Shown here one piece after another: positions 36,855-39,517 of a stretch of DNA of 39,517 bases. Under the pieces are notes generated by a model, which saw only the letters and a list, made by a program, of their open reading frames with translations, was not told the origin of the DNA and did not search any database. Each line of letters starts with the position of its first letter. Positions within the stretch are counted from its first letter, which is position 1. Position numbers and translations under genes: made by a program. Source of the stretch: an uncultured Bdellovibrionales bacterium. GTDB taxonomy: Bacteria > Patescibacteriota > Minisyncoccia > Moranbacterales > UBA1568. Location of the stretch: NCBI GenBank assembly GCA_964500865.1, contig CAZCQJ010000003.1, positions 33,812 to 73,328 on the forward strand, written 5' to 3'.

Positions 36855-38660
36855 CTACTTCGTGACTGACGTGGGTTCTTGCGGCGCCTCGGCCAGAATA
36901 TCTTGGTAAAAACTTTCTAAGGATTCTTCCATGCCTGTATGACGGACCACTTCTTCAAGGGTGGTAATGCCTTCGATACATTTAATAACGCCGTCTTCCA
37001 CTAAGCTCATCATGCCCTCTTGTTTAGCAAGGGCCCGAATGGCGGCTTCGCCGGGGTGTGTGGCGAGCAGCGCATTCATGGCCGTGGTAACCGAGAAGAC
37101 TTCGTAGACACCGATGCGGCCTTTGTAGCCAGTGAAGTGACACTGGGCGCAACCGACGGCGGCCGCCAGAGTTTCGACGGTAGTTGGTACGGTGTCGCGG
37201 ACGGCTGGTGAAATATTCTGGAGGATTTTTAAGAAAGCCTCTTTGGTTTTTTCGGCAGGGACGTAGGTGCGCTTGCAGGACGAGCACAGGGTACGTACCA
37301 AGCGCTGGGCGATAAAGATATTTACGGCGCTCCCGATGAGACTGGCGTCGATGCCGAGCTCCTGAAGACGAATGATAGAAGCGGGTGCATCGTTGGTGTG
37401 GAGGGTTGAGAAGACAAGGTGACCAGTGAGCGAGGCATTGAGGGCGATGTTGGCGGTCTCGCCATCACGGATTTCTCCGACGAGGATAACATCTGGGTCT
37501 TGGCGCACGATGGCGCGCAGCGCGTCAGCAAAGCTGTAGCCCACGGCACCCATGTTCATCGCGTTATTCATAGCTTCCATACCAGTGGTTGCCTGGTGGG
37601 CCGTCACCTGAGTCTGCACGATGCCAGCTAAGTGATATTCGATAGGGTCTTCAACCGTAATAATTTTGAGCGAAGGTGAATTAATGCTGTTGAGCAAACT
37701 GTAGAGCGTGGTGGTTTTTCCGCTTCCGGTTGGACCAGTGTTTAAGATAAGGCCGTTTGGTTTGGCGGCCTGCTTTTGAATTTCTTCGAGCACCTTTGGA
37801 CGCATACCAAGCTTACTAATAGATACGAAGATGTCGGTGTCTACTAAGAGTCGCATGTTAATGTTCTCGCCGTACTGGCCAGGAATAACGCTGACGCGAA
37901 TATCGATGCGCTTGCCGTCGACGGTCATTTCGAAGTGGCCATCTTGGGCGCGGTCACGCACATTGAGTTTCATTTTTGCGAGCAGCTTGATGCGCGACAA
38001 AAGCAGGCGGTACAGCACCGTCGGGAGCATGCCAATATCTTGGAGTTCGCCATCAACACGGAAGCGTAGGCGTGCTTCGTCCTCGCTGGTTTCGATATGG
38101 ATGTCGCTCGAATCAAACTGCATGGCACCCGCTAGAATAGTTTCCATGGCGTGAGTGGTCGCGGTGCGGTCGCCGGTGCGAGAAAGCTCGATTAGGGCAC
38201 CAAAATCTTTATCAAAATTTTTGAGATCTTCGCCAGAGAGCGTGACGCGCATACGGTCAAGTTGCTCGATGAAGGGGTGCTCGCGGTATATTTCTAGGGC
38301 GTACTGCAGGGAGTGCTCGGAGGCTACAAAGAACCGGAGTGAAGCGTTTTCTGCTTCGGTCTTCGCCTGGAGCTCAGCAATAACAGGGGCTGACGGCTGG
38401 TGCAGGGCGATGTAAATAGTATCGTTATCGCGGCGAAACGCAATAGCAGAAAGGCGCTCAGCATCTGCTTGCGGGAGCCAGAAGAGATCGTTGGTTTTGA
38501 GAGGGAAGAGTGTGAGGTCAATATAGGAAAGGCCAAGTTGTGCCGCCAGACGCTCTGCTTCGGCCTCGAGTGATTTTGCTTTGAGGTCCGCCAAAACAAC
38601 ATCGGCTTTTTTAGACGTAGTCGAGAGATTGGTTTGACGTGGAGGAACAATAGTAACCAT
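36855..38660 (-). CDS. PilB/GspE-family type IV pilus / T2SS assembly ATPase
   Basis: T2SSE N-domain, Walker A GPTGSGKTTT, Asp box, Walker B ILVGEIRD, His box, tetra-Cys (CSSC...CAQC). Confidence 0.9.
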   Translation of the reverse strand: MVTIVPPRQTNLSTTSKKADVVLADLKAKSLEAEAERLAAQLGLSYIDLTLFPLKTNDLFWLPQADAERLSAIAFRRDNDTIYIALHQPSAPVIAELQAKTEAENASLRFFVASEHSLQYALEIYREHPFIEQLDRMRVTLSGEDLKNFDKDFGALIELSRTGDRTATTHAMETILAGAMQFDSSDIHIETSEDEARLRFRVDGELQDIGMLPTVLYRLLLSRIKLLAKMKLNVRDRAQDGHFEMTVDGKRIDIRVSVIPGQYGENINMRLLVDTDIFVSISKLGMRPKVLEEIQKQAAKPNGLILNTGPTGSGKTTTLYSLLNSINSPSLKIITVEDPIEYHLAGIVQTQVTAHQATTGMEAMNNAMNMGAVGYSFADALRAIVRQDPDVILVGEIRDGETANIALNASLTGHLVFSTLHTNDAPASIIRLQELGIDASLIGSAVNIFIAQRLVRTLCSSCKRTYVPAEKTKEAFLKILQNISPAVRDTVPTTVETLAAAVGCAQCHFTGYKGRIGVYEVFSVTTAMNALLATHPGEAAIRALAKQEGMMSLVEDGVIKCIEGITTLEEVVRHTGMEESLESFYQDILAEAPQEPTSVTK

Positions 38661-38707
38661 ATGGTTCTATTGTAACGCATTTGCGTGTTTGATAAAAGCA
38701 AAGCGAA

Positions 38708-39517
38708 CTACTTTCGTGTGCTCGGATCCAGTAGCGCGAGAATCGTTTCTTCGGCTGCTTCGAGAGAATCTTTTTCTAAAGTGAAGGAAAGAAATTCACC
38801 TTGACGTTCAGCAGTAGCAAAGACGCCACCAGGAGTACGCGTTACTTCCTCGCTGGCACCACCCAAAAGTACCCGCACGAGCTGAGCGCTTTCTTGGTGT
38901 AGCAGCATATACATTTTCGCATCAGTGTAGTTTCCTTTGATTTTTTCGAGGACGAGCGGTAGGTCGCGATTTGAGGCCCTGGCCTGTACGAAGTCAGTAA
39001 TGCTGACGGTGCCCCAAATAAGAGCGAGTTTTTCGTTCCACTTAATGTTGGCCATAACCTTGCCCCACAGCTTAAGGAGGTGCAGTGGCTGTGTTTTGTA
39101 GAGCGCCTTAATAATCTTTTGCTGGTCTGCACCATGATCCATAAGGAGTGATGCCGTTCGGAAGGCCTTTGGTGACGTTGTTTGCTTCTGAAAGCTATTC
39201 GTGCCAGCAATGATGCCCGACAACAGGTATTCGTACACAGTAGCTGGGAGTTCTTTTTTGGTGTCTACTTCAAGAATTTCGCTGACGATTTCGCTGACGG
39301 TTGAGGCGGTGAGGTCGACTACGTTTACTTGCCCGTAGAGTTCGTTAGTACTGGCGTGATCGATATTAATGACCGGGACCTCGTAAAACACGTCCGGGTT
39401 ACTTTCGTAACAGTTCCCCAAGTGTTCTTTGTCGGCGGTGCCTAAAACGATAACCACGTCGTGGGTAAACTGGGCGGGCTGGAACGAAAAGTCACGCGGG
39501 TCGATCGAAGCTTTTTC
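38708..39517 (-). CDS. DHH-family-like protein with degenerate motif (DHA), 5' end outside the window
   Basis: The frame stays open to 39517 (..FTHDVVIVLGTADKEHLG). VINIDHASTNELYG aligns with the NrnA 'INIDHH.sN..fG' motif but carries Ala in place of the second His. Confidence 0.6.
   Translation of the reverse strand, partial: EKASIDPRDFSFQPAQFTHDVVIVLGTADKEHLGNCYESNPDVFYEVPVINIDHASTNELYGQVNVVDLTASTVSEIVSEILEVDTKKELPATVYEYLLSGIIAGTNSFQKQTTSPKAFRTASLLMDHGADQQKIIKALYKTQPLHLLKLWGKVMANIKWNEKLALIWGTVSITDFVQARASNRDLPLVLEKIKGNYTDAKMYMLLHQESAQLVRVLLGGASEEVTRTPGGVFATAERQGEFLSFTLEKDSLEAAEETILALLDPSTRK

Overview
About 39.5 kb of a small, roughly 40% G+C bacterial chromosome that uses the standard genetic code (TAG and TGA both end genes). 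My guess, by inference only, is a reduced Patescibacteria/CPR-like genome. The window spans the replication origin: jag-yidC-rnpA-rpmH on the minus strand, divergent from dnaA-dnaN-DUF721, with DnaA-box clusters on both sides of dnaA.

Left to right:
- A 67% G+C IS4-like transposase fragment is fused abruptly to a truncated ribonucleotide-reductase 5' end.
- Then come a SOD-family gene, an RluA-family pseudouridine synthase and rplS.
- A tRNA islet with 7 tRNAs follows. One is a tRNA-Phe split by an IC3 group I intron.
- Cargo genes between the tRNAs are an HTH/LAGLIDADG-like ORF, a SAM methyltransferase, a 3D-domain protein and a tRNA-dependent cyclodipeptide synthase.
- Then UDG, NrnA-like DHH, rbfA and two more tRNAs.
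- A surface-glycan locus holds three Wzy/O-antigen-ligase-like genes, two GT2 genes and a flippase.
- After the origin genes come PBP1A, a 4-gene 7TM / RimK-like ATP-grasp+retropepsin / ATP-grasp / DUF1704 cassette, ruvC and ruvB.
- A 780-bp gene-free locus carries a canonical type III hammerhead ribozyme.
- The window ends with a PilB/GspE ATPase and a partial DHH-like gene.

The most striking signal is 13 perfectly identical copies of the 16-bp palindrome TGTTCCACGTGGAACA. This is one base from the B. subtilis parS site. The copies lie in four clusters with about 42-bp phasing inside 0.92 kb. They are embedded in, and do not break, the reading frame of a Wzy-like gene about 10 kb from dnaA. 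I read this as a dense centromere-like parS array with sopC-like architecture. The alternative is an in-frame selfish palindromic element.
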